From Balamuthia mandrillaris (taxonomy: Eukaryota): a stretch of 64,000 nt of DNA. Position numbers and translations under genes: made by a program. This document shows positions 27,033-39,103 of this stretch, piece by piece. Position 1 is the first letter of the stretch. Each line of letters starts with the position of its first letter. The stretch covers positions 1 through 64,000 of the forward strand of contig JAVKOQ020000069.1 in assembly GCA_031835245.2 (NCBI GenBank). The letters are read 5' to 3'. The notes beneath the pieces are model-generated. The model saw only the letters and a list, made by a program, of their open reading frames with translations, had not been told where the DNA came from and searched no databases.

Positions 27033-27396
27033 AGAATGCAAGCCATGCAAGGAATGGCATGCCTTCGGAAAGATGGAAACTTGCTGTGGAGAAGAAAGGA
27101 GAACGACGGGGAAAGTGCTGGCTGGCTGCTGTATCTGGTGGAAAAGCGTTGGAAAAAAATGTGGAGCGGCTTGTGGCATACCTTATTTCCTCCTAGGCTG
27201 CTTTTTTTTTTCCTTTGCTTCTGTTGGACTCTCTGAGATTTTTCTGTTGGATTGACAGCCAACCGCACAGCCACAAAAAAAACAACAGGAGCGCAAGCTA
27301 CCCACTCCTTCTTCTTGTTTTTTTTTTCACTTTCAGAAACAAACGTTCGAAACAGCAACACGTATCGTATAAACATATTTTTCTACGACCGCCACC

Positions 27397-28134
27397 ATGA
27401 TGATGCTCAAGCGAAACCAGCACATCCAGGAGCTGAAGAGGAACCTCAGGACCCCTCTGCACACCTCCCTGAGCAAGGACGAGCAGGAGCTGGTCCGCAA
27501 TGTGATGAACCTCTATGACTCTACCGCCGCCAAGGACAAGCAAACCATTTCCACTGGGCTGGAACGGTTCTACAGCAAGGACGCCGTCTTCAGTGACCCC
27601 ATCCTCCAGGTGACGGGGCGCAACAACATGCTCGTCCAATTCTCGGCCCTGAGGAAGCTGTTCTACGAGTGCACCCCTCAGCTCATCAACGCTGCCTTTG
27701 TGAAGAACTCTTCCTCCAACACTGCTGGTGGCCAGGACGTGCTCATGCTGCACCTCATCATGGACTACAGGGTCCTCAAAGCCATCCCCCTAAGGCTCCA
27801 GTTTGAGCAGTTCACTGTGCTCTACCTGTCCTCCAATCCGGAGCAGACTTTGGCCAAGCTGGAGAGCGGCCCTGTGGCTCATGGACGAGCTGGAGTGGAG
27901 GCTTTGGAAGAGATGCCCATCGCCGGGGATGCTGAAGGCAATGGCAAGGGAAGAGGCAAAGGAGGTGCCAGCGCCCAGCAGAGGAGCTTGAGAAACCAAA
28001 AGGTCATTTACCATCAGGACAGTTGGGACGTGGCCTCGTTGATGGAAGGGTTGCCTATCATAGGTTTTATCTTTGCCATGTGGAAGCTCATCATCGGCAT
28101 GCTTACCAGTTGGATCTTCACCAGAATGTGCTGA
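27397..28134 (+). CDS. SnoaL/NTF2-like domain protein
   Basis: RFYSKDAVFSDP...V.GR and I.YHQDSW motifs, typical of SnoaL-like folds. Hydrophobic C-terminus. Confidence 0.7.
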   Translation: MMMLKRNQHIQELKRNLRTPLHTSLSKDEQELVRNVMNLYDSTAAKDKQTISTGLERFYSKDAVFSDPILQVTGRNNMLVQFSALRKLFYECTPQLINAAFVKNSSSNTAGGQDVLMLHLIMDYRVLKAIPLRLQFEQFTVLYLSSNPEQTLAKLESGPVAHGRAGVEALEEMPIAGDAEGNGKGRGKGGASAQQRSLRNQKVIYHQDSWDVASLMEGLPIIGFIFAMWKLIIGMLTSWIFTRMC

Positions 28135-28400
28135 AGAACCACCAACACATATTGTGATGATGCATTCGTTCTTCTGCTCGCTCTCATCGTTAAAATAACA
28201 CCTTTTGTCTTTTTTCTCTTATTTTTGTGTTCTCTCTCTCTCGCGCTCTCTCTCTCATTCATCTTCTTTGCGTCAGGAGAAGAAAATGGGGGCCGTCCTC
28301 CAGCAAGCATCTTCCGCTGCATAAATGTATCCGCGACCTCGTGACGAGCGTCACAGTGCAGAAAATGAAAGAGAAAGTTGGCTATTTATTCCATTTCAAG

Positions 28401-29737
28401 CTACACTACAGCACAAAAGTCAGTCCCAGAGCGACTGGTCAAGCGAAAGCCTCCCACTAAACCCTTTTCATTAACGTCCACTAGCATCAAGGAAATGTCG
28501 GATCCCCGGTAGTTATGGCTGTTGGCTTGGTCAGAAGGAGCCGCGGTTAAATCGCTTTCAAAGAAAGTAAGTTGCAGAGAGGCGAGGTCGAATCGGTCTG
28601 CAGGGAGTGGTGCTTTAACGTTACTGTAGATGGTCACATTGAGTTTTGGGGTCTTGTCCTGGGCCTCTTTTTGCCAGGTGTTTCGTGCAATTGCTTTTGT
28701 CTTCACTCCTTGTTCTACCTGTTGCATGAAAATAAGTGAGTAAGAAAACAAACAAGGAAAGGAAAATGAAAATCTTTCACCTCTTGCTCACGTGAATACC
28801 ACTCCCTGCCCATGGAACTTCCCGAAACATAAGGGTAAAACCTCAAACACCAAGTGGTTCGATTGGTTTGAGAAGGAATGACATCGTAGTTAAACGTAGG
28901 GTACACATTACGGGTTTGAACAGTCCAGGCTTTGCTCTCTCCAGAAATGGTAGAAATCCAATTCCTATATTGATTATTGAGAGAAGAGAGGCGGCCAGCA
29001 CTAGGTACATGCATCATTATCCAAGGGAATTGTGTTCGAAGAGACTGTGGCTTAGAGTTGTAGTGCAGGTGGTGACTCCAAAGCCCGTTCCATAGCTGTA
29101 CTGGCAGCTGCTGACTATTAGAGTCAAATGGCAGGTTGAGTTCCAACGAGCTCGTCAACGGTACGTTTTTTGGTTTTATCCAGACTTCTAGATGACAATC
29201 ACCGGCTATCACAGGGACGTCCACCCTGCCTTTTGGGGCATCGAAGACAATAGGCTCTTTGGGGCACTCAACAAGGAAGGGAGCAACTTTTATCTCCAGG
29301 GTGCCTTTGCGAATAGGCCCCTCTCTGCTTCTCAAGTCATACTCTGAGGGTTGTTTGTTCGAAAGCCAAAGGGCACCCTTGAGGAAGGCCACGCTAGAGT
29401 ACTGTGAAGAATATTTAGGCGGCGTTTCGGGATCGAAGCTTACTTGATAGTGAAGAAATCTAGCTGTAATTCTGAGTTGCATATAGACTCCTTTGTTGGG
29501 AGCGGAGCCGTAAAAGTACAGTTGGCAGCCTCCTGCTGGCAGAAGTCCGTCCTCGGGGATGTCGAAAGTCAACGTTTCTGGCTCCGCGATCGTGAGGCTT
29601 TGGTTGCACCAGTCGGGCGTTACAATGATCTCTGTGGTACATCGCTGGGTAACGTGGTGCTCCACCGCAAAGAAACACGGCACAAGGAAGCAAGCGAAAA
29701 CCAGGAGCAGCGCTGTAAAAGTTGGCGAGGAGCGCAT
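28401..29737 (-). CDS. Secreted beta-rich protein, possibly tandem CUB-like domains
   Basis: Signal peptide MRSSPTFTALLLVFACFLVPCFFA; paired Cys; C.....APKG....P....C..W.I and F.SD-like patterns; one intron near 28720-28780. The CUB call is weak. Confidence 0.55.
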
Positions 29738-30199
29738 TGTCAACGGTTTGTTATGTTAGGCTATGTTATGTTATTCCTTCTGTGTTTGTTATATTCAAAA
29801 AGCTCTGTGTGCAACAAAACTAGCAAAGGCCACATTTAATTCTGCAAAATTTTTCGAGGTATTTTTTTAGATAAATGAATTAATTCATTCTCAACATATT
29901 TCAAATACCATCAAAGACAGAAACAGAACAAAGAAATCTTGACAGCATGAAGAGGTTGACAGCAGAAGGCGTCCCCTCCCCAGTAGTGGAGGGGAAACAG
30001 ACGCGAAGCCCGAAGGGGGACACAGACGACAAAAAATAGAAAGAAGAGAGACACCACCAAAAAGCTTGGTTGGACAGCGCACTCCTTCCAATCTTACACA
30101 ACAAGTAGTGGAAGAAACAAAAAACCCAAACACAATTTTTTTTTTGTCTATTCTTTTCTGTAACTTTCAGCTACACAACAACAATAAAAAAAAAGATAG

Positions 30200-30976
30200 A
30201 TGCAGTTCACTCATGTGAAATGTGTGGTGGTGGGGGATGGAGCCGTGGGGAAGACCTCCCTGCTGCTCAGCTACACCACCAACAGCATGCCGGGAGAGTA
30301 CATGCCCACCATCTTTGACAACTACTCGGCCAACGTCATGCTGGACGACAAGGTCTACTGCCTGGGCCTTTGGGACACGGCCGGCCAGGAGGAGTATGAC
30401 CGGCTGCGCCCGCTCAGCTACCCCTCCACCGACGTCTTCCTGGTTTGCTTCTCGGTCATCTCCCCGCCGTCTTTCATCAATGCCCGCGCCAAATGGGCCG
30501 CTGAGGTGCGACGCTACTGCCCTGACGTGCCCGTTCTGCTGGTCGGCCTCAAGACGGACCTTCGACAAGACCCCGTTGTGCTGCGGCGATTGGCCATTCG
30601 AGGGATGGTCCCCGTCACGATGGCTCACGGCGAGGCCATGGCACAGCAGGTCGGCGCCAAGTATGTGGAGTGCAGCGCATTGACGCAGGAGAACCTTGCA
30701 CAGGTCTTTGAGACGGCCATTCGAGAAGCTTGCAGGAAGGACGAGGAGGCAGAAGAACAAAAAAAGAAAAAGAACAAGAACAAGAACAAGAACAAGATGA
30801 AGAAGAGCACAAAGAAGCAGCAGAAAATCAAGAGGAAGACGGCCACAAACAACAATAACGACGGCGCAACGCCTGGATGCTTTTCTCCGATGCGAAGAAG
30901 CCGAAAGATTACCGAACACAACCAAACGGCCAAGCCCACGAACACTTCCCCCAACAACAAGTGCGTCACAATGTAA
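30200..30976 (+). CDS. Rac/Rho-family small GTPase with a long basic C-terminal tail (single exon)
   Basis: [48 protein letters not shown] and C-terminal CaaX CVTM. Confidence 0.95.
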   Translation: MQFTHVKCVVVGDGAVGKTSLLLSYTTNSMPGEYMPTIFDNYSANVMLDDKVYCLGLWDTAGQEEYDRLRPLSYPSTDVFLVCFSVISPPSFINARAKWAAEVRRYCPDVPVLLVGLKTDLRQDPVVLRRLAIRGMVPVTMAHGEAMAQQVGAKYVECSALTQENLAQVFETAIREACRKDEEAEEQKKKKNKNKNKNKMKKSTKKQQKIKRKTATNNNNDGATPGCFSPMRRSRKITEHNQTAKPTNTSPNNKCVTM

Positions 30977-31083
30977 ATAAAGGATAAAAGAGAGATAGAC
31001 TCTTTGAGATGAGAACAAACGTAAAAAGTAATCTGAAGTTATGTAAATGAATTATATTTTGAAAAAGAACACCAAAGTTTTGT

Positions 31084-31618
31084 TTAGTTGCTGCCCTTCT
31101 TCTTATCCGCAGCCGCTTTCTTCTCTCCTGCTCCTCCTTTTCCTTTTTGTGCTCCTCCTTTGTTGTTGTTGTTGTTGCTCTTGGCAGCACCACCTCCACC
31201 CCCTCCCTTCTTGGGTGGCGCCTTCTTCTTTGCCCCATAAAAAGTGAAGATGGGTTTGCCGGGAATGGCTCCCTCTTTCTTCTTCTCAGGATCAGGGGCG
31301 CTCTCATCGCTGGACAAGTAGATCTCCAAGCTGGCCAAGCCCAAGGACTCCCGAATGAAGTCCCGGTGGTCCTCAAAGAATTGCTTCTCATCGAATGGGA
31401 TGTCCAAGCTCAATACCGCTGGTCCCTCCAACTTTACTCGTTCCTATTATTTTCGCAATAGAAAAGTGTTAGAAGAGAGAAAGAAGAGTAAACAGAATGA
31501 TAACAAAAACAAGAAGATGGAAAAGAAGCTCAGTGCATTTAAAAAGTGTCTCCAGAAAAAAGATCAGAAGTCTAACATGTTGTTTTTGCAAAACATCCTT
31601 GCCAAGAAGAGGGGACTG

Positions 31619-31677
<59 letters not shown>

Positions 31678-34600
31678 AAAACGTACAGGCATGATTCCAA
31701 CCAATCCCATGATTTTCTTGATGTCCTTCTTCAATGAAGCATCGTTCTTCAATTCCTCTACAATGACGTTCCTAAAGTCGTCTGGGAAATCATTCGTCTC
31801 CTGCACATCCAAATGATAATATTAGGTAACGAATTAAAGTGAAACAAGGAATTCTGAAAAATGAGAAGAGACAACAAACCTTGCGATAAACTTTTTGCAA
31901 ACCACGAATGGCCTTGGCTTGCCATTCAGGATAGCAGTTGCTGACATAGATGTAGGCTTTCGTGGTGTCCTCATATTGTCCCTCCATGAACTGCATCTTC
32001 TTCCTGAAGCCCTTCAAGTTCTCCTGCAAGAACTCGTTCTGTTGGAGCAAGAGTTCATTCACTTCTCCTCCTTCTGGCCATCGCGCTCTCAAAATGGTTG
32101 TTGGTTTCTGGTGGACACAATCAAAACAATGTTAAAGAAATAACAACGATCTGAGAAAGCATAAAGAATAGGAAGATAAAGAAATAGAAGCTCAGTGCTT
32201 TGAAAGTATCTCCATGAAAAGATCAGAAGTCTAACATGTAATTTTGCAAAAGCATCCTCGCCAAGAACACAGAAATACAACATAAAAGCAAGATTAAAAA
32301 GAAATACGAACCTTCAACATCTTGGTCCAAATGTAGTCGCAATAGTGAGGACAGAAGGGAGACAACAACAAGGCCTGCGCTTCAATAAACCTCATCACCA
32401 ACGCACGGTTCATGTTCTTCTCCTCCCTCACGCCCAACCTGTAGTTGTCACGCGCGTTCTGCAATTCATAAAAGCCCGTTCGCAACGCCTCTCGGAATTG
32501 CATTCTAAATGATAAGTAGCAGTGTAAGTTTTAAGAAAAGAAAGAAGAGAACGAAGAAACGACGAAGAAGTATAAGAAGGATAAAAGAGCTCAGTGCATA
32601 AAAAAAGTGTCTCCATGAAAAAGTATCAGAAGTCTAACATGTTGTTTTTGCAAAACATCCTTGCCAAGAAAGAAAACAGAAGAAAGAAAAAGAAGAAAAG
32701 CAGAAAGAAGAAGAAAGGAGAGCGAAACGTACTGTTCGTAAAACTCAGCTGTTTGCTTAATCGCCTTGTTGATCTCGGACTGGAATACAAGGTCAAAGAA
32801 ACCGGTGGGTTCTCCCTCTCTCAAGCTGTCCAACTTAGCCAAAATGTCCTTGGTCCATTCATGCTGGGCATGCAAACGAAGAACAGCCGTGTCCGCCGTC
32901 TCGTTGGCAAAGTTGGCGTCTTCCATCGAGTCACCGGCGTCTGCCAAAGCGAATCTCATTCCGTCCACTGAGAACAACTCCATTGCCTCTGCATTCATTC
33001 ATACAAAAACAAAACAGAAATTAGAAAAGTTATAGGTAAATGAGAGGAAACGAGAAAGAAAATTTGAGGGGGAAAGAATCAACAAGAAAGAAAAGCGAGA
33101 AAAAAGTGAAGAAATACCGCTCAAAGTCAAAAAGTTGCCCGTAGACTTGGACATCTTCTCCTTGTTCAAAAGGACGTGTCCATTGGCACGGATGCCGCGA
33201 GGACACTTCTCTTCGGGGAAGACGGCAGTATGCGTGTACAAGAAAAAGGTCAAATGGTTCTGAATCAAGTCCTTGCCAGACACTCGCAAGTCCAATGGAT
33301 ACCAGTACTCAAATTCCCTTCGCAAGGTCTTCAAGGTCTCCTCGGAGATGTCAGTTTCGGAGGCGGGATAGGGTCCGTTCAAGAAGATGTAGTCCCACAC
33401 TTTCCGTGTCAACTGCTCTGGTTTAATTCCTGCTGGTCCTGTTGCCTTGCCGTACAAATCGCCTCCTTCATGAATTATAAGCAGAAAGCAAAAAATACAT
33501 GAGTCAAAGACAAAGACGAAGAAGCAAACATGTTTTTTTTTTAAAAAAAAAACAACACAGTAGGCGGGGTGAAGACAGAAAGAAAAAGAATGCAAACCTT
33601 GCAACAAATGAGCAACAGTATAGTAAGCCATATAAATAGTGGAATCAGACAAGGACTCTATCAAGTACTGCTGGTCCCAAGGCAACTTTGTGCCCAAGCC
33701 ATAAGTACGAGAACAGGCCCACTGATTCAACCACTCCAAAGTTCTCCTGAACAAGGTCTTAGCCTCGTCGCCGTAGGTGTTGACGTTTTGCTCCAAGTGT
33801 TTAGCCGTCTTTTCTTTCCATTGCTCCTCGCCATAAGTGATGTACCACTGGTCGGTCAAGGCGCAGATACAAACATCACCAGAGCGAGAGATGACCGTCT
33901 CGGCGGGTTCGTAGTAAGGTACGGCCAAACCGGCCGCCAACAACTCTTCTTTGATCAAAGGCTTCGCCACGCGAACCGGGCTTAAAGTTAAAGTCAAGGA
34001 GAAAACAAATTTCAAAAAAGAAAGGCCAAAAAAAGACAGAAGAATGAAGGTAAATAATAAAAGGATACGTTCCCTTGTGTTCTCCAACTTGCATGATTCC
34101 CTCGTAGAAGCCCTTCATGTAGACCATTTCCTTGGCCTTGAGCAACTTATCCTTGTCCTTGTGGCTCTGCACCTTGAAGGCCTCGCAGGCGGTGATGGCC
34201 GCCAAGTTGCCCACACCGGGAATCTCAATGATGGGCACGGGTTCGAAGGGCATAACCCACTCCTCCTTCACGCCGTACTCATCGCGGTTGTATTGCTTCT
34301 TCTTCAAGTCCATCAAGGCGGCATAGTCATCGGGAGCATCGCTGGGCACGCTCGTGACCACGCCAGTGGCCTTGGTGGTGGAGATGGTTTTCATGGGTAG
34401 GGTATATACAACAGGGTACTGGGCCAAGGGAGCCTTCAACGGGAGGCCGATCAAGTCTTGGCCTTTGAAGGTGGCCAAGCAGACCGACTTGCCAAACTCC
34501 TTCGAGTAGCCTTGATAGCTCAAATCTATCATTATTTTAGTTGTTAGCCAATACAGACTATCATCAAGAGGAAAAGGGAAGTGAAGCGCAAAGAAAAGAA

Positions 34601-36065
34601 AAGAAAAAAACAAAAAAGGAGAAGAAGGACATACTTCTGGCAGCTTGGGCTGTGCACACAAACACGTCGGAATCGTTAATTTCAAAAGCGCCATAGTCAC
34701 CCTCTGGCAATACGAAGCAGTTGGTTTGGCCGTACATGGTCTCAGGTCGGAGGGTTCCTGGCACCAAGAACACGTCTTTGCCTTCCAAAGCAGCCATTTT
34801 GGGAGGGAAGGGAGGGATCACCTTCAACTTGATCAAGGTGTATTCTTGTGGCTGTACGCCCTCTCCTGAGGCACGATCGTGGTCAGCACAGGATTGGCCA
34901 TCCAATGGTGAGTAAATGGAAATCCTGTTGATGGAAAATAAATTGTTTGTTTCTTTTCTCTATTTAGAGGATCAGGAAGACAAACCTGTTGCCAAACTCA
35001 ATCTTGCCCAAGTCTTTCAAAGTTTCGAATTGCCAACGCACAAAGGAGTCATAGTAAGGATTAACATCAGTAGTAATGAAGGAACGCCGCCAGTCCACAG
35101 AACATCCCATTTTCTGCATATCTTGCTGCATTTTTCGAATGTTTAAGTATGAAAACTAGACACGCGAGAGAGAGAGAGAGAGACGAACCATAGCCAAAGG
35201 AGGAAAATAGGTCAACCAGTACTCCGCATCGGCAAAGTTTGGGATCTCGTTCTCAGGAACGCCCATTCCCTTCATGATCTCCCACTGGTACTTGGCCTTG
35301 CCCGTCTTGGAGGCGGCCTTGGACTTTTTGGAGTGGAAGGTCTCTGTGACAATCACTGTTGTAGAGCTCTCCTCTTTCTTCTCGGAGGGCTCCTCCACTG
35401 CCTCTGCCTCCACTTCAGCGGGAAACACGGGCGGGTTGCCATACTGTTCGATCTCTCGCTTCAACTTATCAGCACAAGCCTTTTGTTTAGAGTGTTTGGA
35501 GAAAAGTAAAGTGAGTTGCTCGTGCTAGGAGAAAAGCACCAACAAAGGCTCAAAAAAAACAGAAAAAAAACTTTTAAAATAAAACAATGAGATTAAAAAG
35601 AAAAAAAGGACCAGTGTCACTCATTTCATCAGAGTCACTGCGAAAAAAAAAAACCAAAAGTTTGACACACTCTCATCTCTTGCGCAGGACAGAGGGAGAG
35701 TGAGCGAACAAACAACAAACCTTGATGGGCATGCCGGTACAGTGGAAGCCAAAGGGAAATAGGCTGCGCTTGCCCTGCAACCTCTGGAAGGCGGCCGCGA
35801 ACTCGGCCTTGGACAAGGTAAAGGTGTGGCCCAAGTGGAGCCTGCCGTTCATGTAGGGGTAGGGAAAGGTGACCATGAACTTGGGGTCCTTCGCCTCGTT
35901 CTCGGCGGGGGCGTCCATCTCAAAGGGGTTGAGGGCGGCCCACTCCTGGCGCATCTCCTCCTCGATGGCGAGCAAAAAGTCTCGCTTGGCGAAGGACACT
36001 TTCTTCTCCTTGCCGTCCTCTTCGGGAACTGTCGTCGTCGTCGCGGTATTCGTTGGTGGTTCCAT
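31084..36065 (-). CDS. LARS1: Cytosolic leucyl-tRNA synthetase
   Basis: [49 protein letters not shown] (editing domain), [21 protein letters not shown] and KMSKS. More than 10 introns. Confidence 0.97.
31527..31603 (-). ncRNA. Box C/D snoRNA, snR58/SNORD104-like (copy 1, last LeuRS intron)
   Basis: Variant C box AGGATGT; guide ACATGTTAGACT-T before a D' box CTGA; terminal D box CTGA. The guide is complementary to LSU rRNA AGUCUAACAUGU. Confidence 0.85.
32189..32262 (-). ncRNA. Box C/D snoRNA, snR58/SNORD104-like (copy 2)
   Basis: AGGATGC ... ACATGTTAGACTT CTGA ... CTGA. Paralogue of copy 1 in another LeuRS intron, on the host sense strand. Confidence 0.85.
32588..32665 (-). ncRNA. Box C/D snoRNA, snR58/SNORD104-like (copy 3)
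   Basis: AGGATGT ... ACATGTTAGACTT CTGA ... CTGA. Boxes and guide are conserved while the spacers diverge. Confidence 0.85.
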
Positions 36066-36466
36066 CACTGCGATTAAGATTTTTGTGCGCGCGTAGCAGC
36101 AAGAGTGCTACTTCCTTTTTCTGCTACTTTTTTCTTTTGATCGCTGCAAAAAAAAAAAAAAAACGAGAAAAGAAAAAATAATAATTTCTTTTCTTTTCTT
36201 TTCTTTTTTTGCGGAACAAAACAAAATAAATAAATAATTTGATGGATTCGTGTTTTTCGTTGCGAGAAAAATCCCAGAAAAAAATTTGTTGGCGTGGACC
36301 AGGCGTCGATCTGGGGAGAAAGCCTTGCATACCAAACATTCTCGACATGTTTCAAATATTTCTGCTGAAATATGCATGCACCCGGAGTCGATCCTGTGCT
36401 GCATTCCAAGCATTCTTTGTATTCCAAAAAAAAAAACAACAGAAAAGAAAGAAAGGAACAAGGAAA

Positions 36467-37310
36467 ATGTCTTTGGAGTTTGATGTGCTGGAGCCGACGC
36501 CGGTCTTCTACAAGAAGTCAGAGTTTATAGAGACGCTCACAGGCAACAAGGTGAGTCGCAAATCGGGTCTTTGCGGCAGCCAAAACATCCGACTTCATGG
36601 CAAGGTACAAAGAGTTCACGGGATCGATGATGGGAGAGATTATTTTTTGAAAAATGTCTCTTCGTCTTCTTCCGTCCACATCAGACTATTGTCATGCCGG
36701 ATGCCATCATAAGAGGTGACCTCAGCGGCGTAAACGTTGGCAAGTTCTCTATCATTGGCCCACACTCTGTCATCAGACCCTCCTTCAAACGGTTTAAAGG
36801 GTTCGTTCTCTGCTCTCTGCTCTCTCTTGTTCACGAACTAAAACTCCAAAAAAAAAAAAAGCGGTATCTCCTTTTTCCCATTGACCATTGGCGACTATGT
36901 CACCATTGAAGAGTCCTGTATCATAAACGCCGCCACCATTGGCTCCTACGTTCACATCGGCAAAGACGCCATCATAGTACTTGCTTGCTTGCTCGCTTTT
37001 ATGCTTCTTTCTCTCTTCTCATCCTATTATTTTTCTCTCTCTCTCTCTCTCTCTCTCTGTTTCTCCTCTTTCGTTGCTGTACATCTTATCGACAACACTT
37101 CAACGCAAGTCTCGGCGCTGCGTGTTGAAAGACTGCTGCTACATCAAAGAAGGAAGCGTGCTGGCTCCCGACACGGTGGTCCCTCCTTTCACTGTCTACG
37201 GCGGCAACCCGGCTCGTTTCATAGAGAAGCTGCCCGAATGCTTTCAGCAAATGCAACAAGAAATAGCCACCGCCAACTACAATTGTTTCATTCCTGTCAC
37301 CGAAGACTAA
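36467..37310 (+). CDS. DCTN5: Dynactin subunit 5 (p25)
   Basis: [11 protein letters not shown]...[39 protein letters not shown] and L.PDTVVPPF. Three introns. Confidence 0.95.
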
Positions 37311-37378
37311 ACATCCACTTTATTGCACGATCATCTTCACACATTTCTTTTGTCATACTAACTTTTCGTTCATTCAAT

Positions 37379-39103
37379 TTAGAAGAAAAAGCGATCCAAA
37401 ACAAAGTCAGACGTTTCCATCTGAGCAGGAATGCCATACGTAGCCAACGCCTCTCCCACATAGAACAAATGACGCTCTCCTTGCAATGCATCGATGGCTT
37501 TGCTCCACCTGCCATCCTCTCCGAACCTCTCTGGCGGCACCGTTTGTGGATAGTTCCACAGCTCATCTCTTAACAGTTGGACCTGCTCTAACGAGGCGGA
37601 GGCGACACCCATGGCAGCCAGATCCTCTCGCAACCGTTCCTCAAAAGCCTCCGAGGACAGAGGCTCCTCCGGATGGGCATAAGCGAAGCAGAGAAAGACA
37701 TCGGTATCGTTGTAAGGCCTCGTGAAGACCGGGCAGTGATCGTAGAAATCGTTGCCAAGAGAAGGAGATTGAAAGTAGTTGGCGTAAGGATAAACAACCA
37801 ACGTGGCAGCGTTGTTGAAGAAGAACACGTCGGAGAAGCTGCTTCCATCTTCATTTTCATCGAGCGAAGGGATGTGAATCATGACGGATCTTGCTAATCC
37901 TGTTTTGACGGCTTCGAGGTATGGAATGACCGGCAGGTCTTTATCGAGATACTCCAACGTTTGGAAGGTCCTTGAGGCAAGTATGACCGCATCGAAGTGA
38001 TGCACTTCTTTCTCCTCTGCTTCTCCCGCTTCTTGTTTTATTGTCTCCACTAGCACTCGCCAGCGATGGCTCTTACCAACGCGGTACGGAGAGACCCTCG
38101 TGACTTCAGTAGAGAGACGTACATCGATCTCCTCTCGTCTCACCATCTCCTGAAAAAACGTTTCGTAGCCATTCGGAAAGAACTGGTATCTTCCCGGAGG
38201 CGTGGATGTCACCAACTCTTGTAGGTTGGGATGGATCTCGAACAACTCGAACAGAGCGCCAGCGAAGACCACCTGTTGAAGCTCCTGAAGCAACGATTTG
38301 ACCACAGTGGGATACGTCTGTGTGGCTCCCTTGAGCACTTCCACGGCCAAGGCTTCGTATGGATCCCCTGTTTGGAAGAACTGGTGAAGGAAGGCGATAA
38401 GTCCTGTGGCTGCTGGCACTTGGACTATATCTGCCCACTCCCCAAAGCTCATGTCCCTCTCTCCTCCCCAAGCACTCACATCGATGTCTTCTCTTCCTGC
38501 TGCAGAAGAAGCTGAAGAAGCAGGTGAAGCTTGAAGCAACAGAGCGAATCCAGCATTGAGCTGAGGGATGAGTTGCGGGATTGTGATGCCCTCTCCAAAG
38601 TAAGGAGGCAACGGCAAGAACTGCAGAGAGTCCAAGTCAAAGACGTTGGTGGCGGCCGCTATGAACCTCCGTTCGGTGCCATACTCCTCAAAGAGCCTCT
38701 CCAAAGGCGGATAGAGTGGCTCCTCTGCACCGTGGAGGCTGTAAGGAGGATAGATGATGGTGGAGAGGTCGTAGACGTGGTCTTGATAGAGGACGCTCTC
38801 GGGAATGCCGCCGCTTTCGGCCTCTCGCTCAAAAACGACCACGCTGTGGAAACCCTTGGAGAGCAGGTTTCTGGCTGCAAAGAGACCGGCTGGACCGGCG
38901 CCTACTATTGCTATCGATGCTCCTTTGCCAAAGCGAGGTCGAGGTATTCTTTCTTCGTCTTTAAACCAACACGAAGTGAGCGTTTACTCCCAAAGATGAG
39001 AAAAAGCAAAACACAAATACGTACCAAGAGCAGAACAGGAGAGAAATGAGGAGAAGCAAAGGATGCAGCACAGGAAGGAGGTGGACAGCACGAACTTCGC
39101 CAT
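37379..39103 (-). CDS. Secreted FAD-dependent protein resembling polyunsaturated fatty acid isomerase (PAI/PFI family)
   Basis: Signal-peptide exon [26 protein letters not shown]; Rossmann motif [25 protein letters not shown]....GG; C-terminus WNYP..V...[12 protein letters not shown]...V.DRFF. Confidence 0.75.

Noticed and set aside
25588..27255. 555-aa plus-strand ORF
   Set aside because: Antisense shadow of the GC-rich single-exon AAR2 gene, with no recognisable motifs.
31527..32665. CRISPR array or MITE explanation for the three intronic repeats
   Set aside because: No regular spacers, TIRs or TSDs. Conservation centres on the C/D boxes and the rRNA-complementary guide.
35600..35690. Possible snoRNA or hairpin in the first LeuRS intron (TTCGCAGT, CTGATGA)
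   Set aside because: Only 8 nt of 18S complementarity and no coherent terminal C/D box pair.
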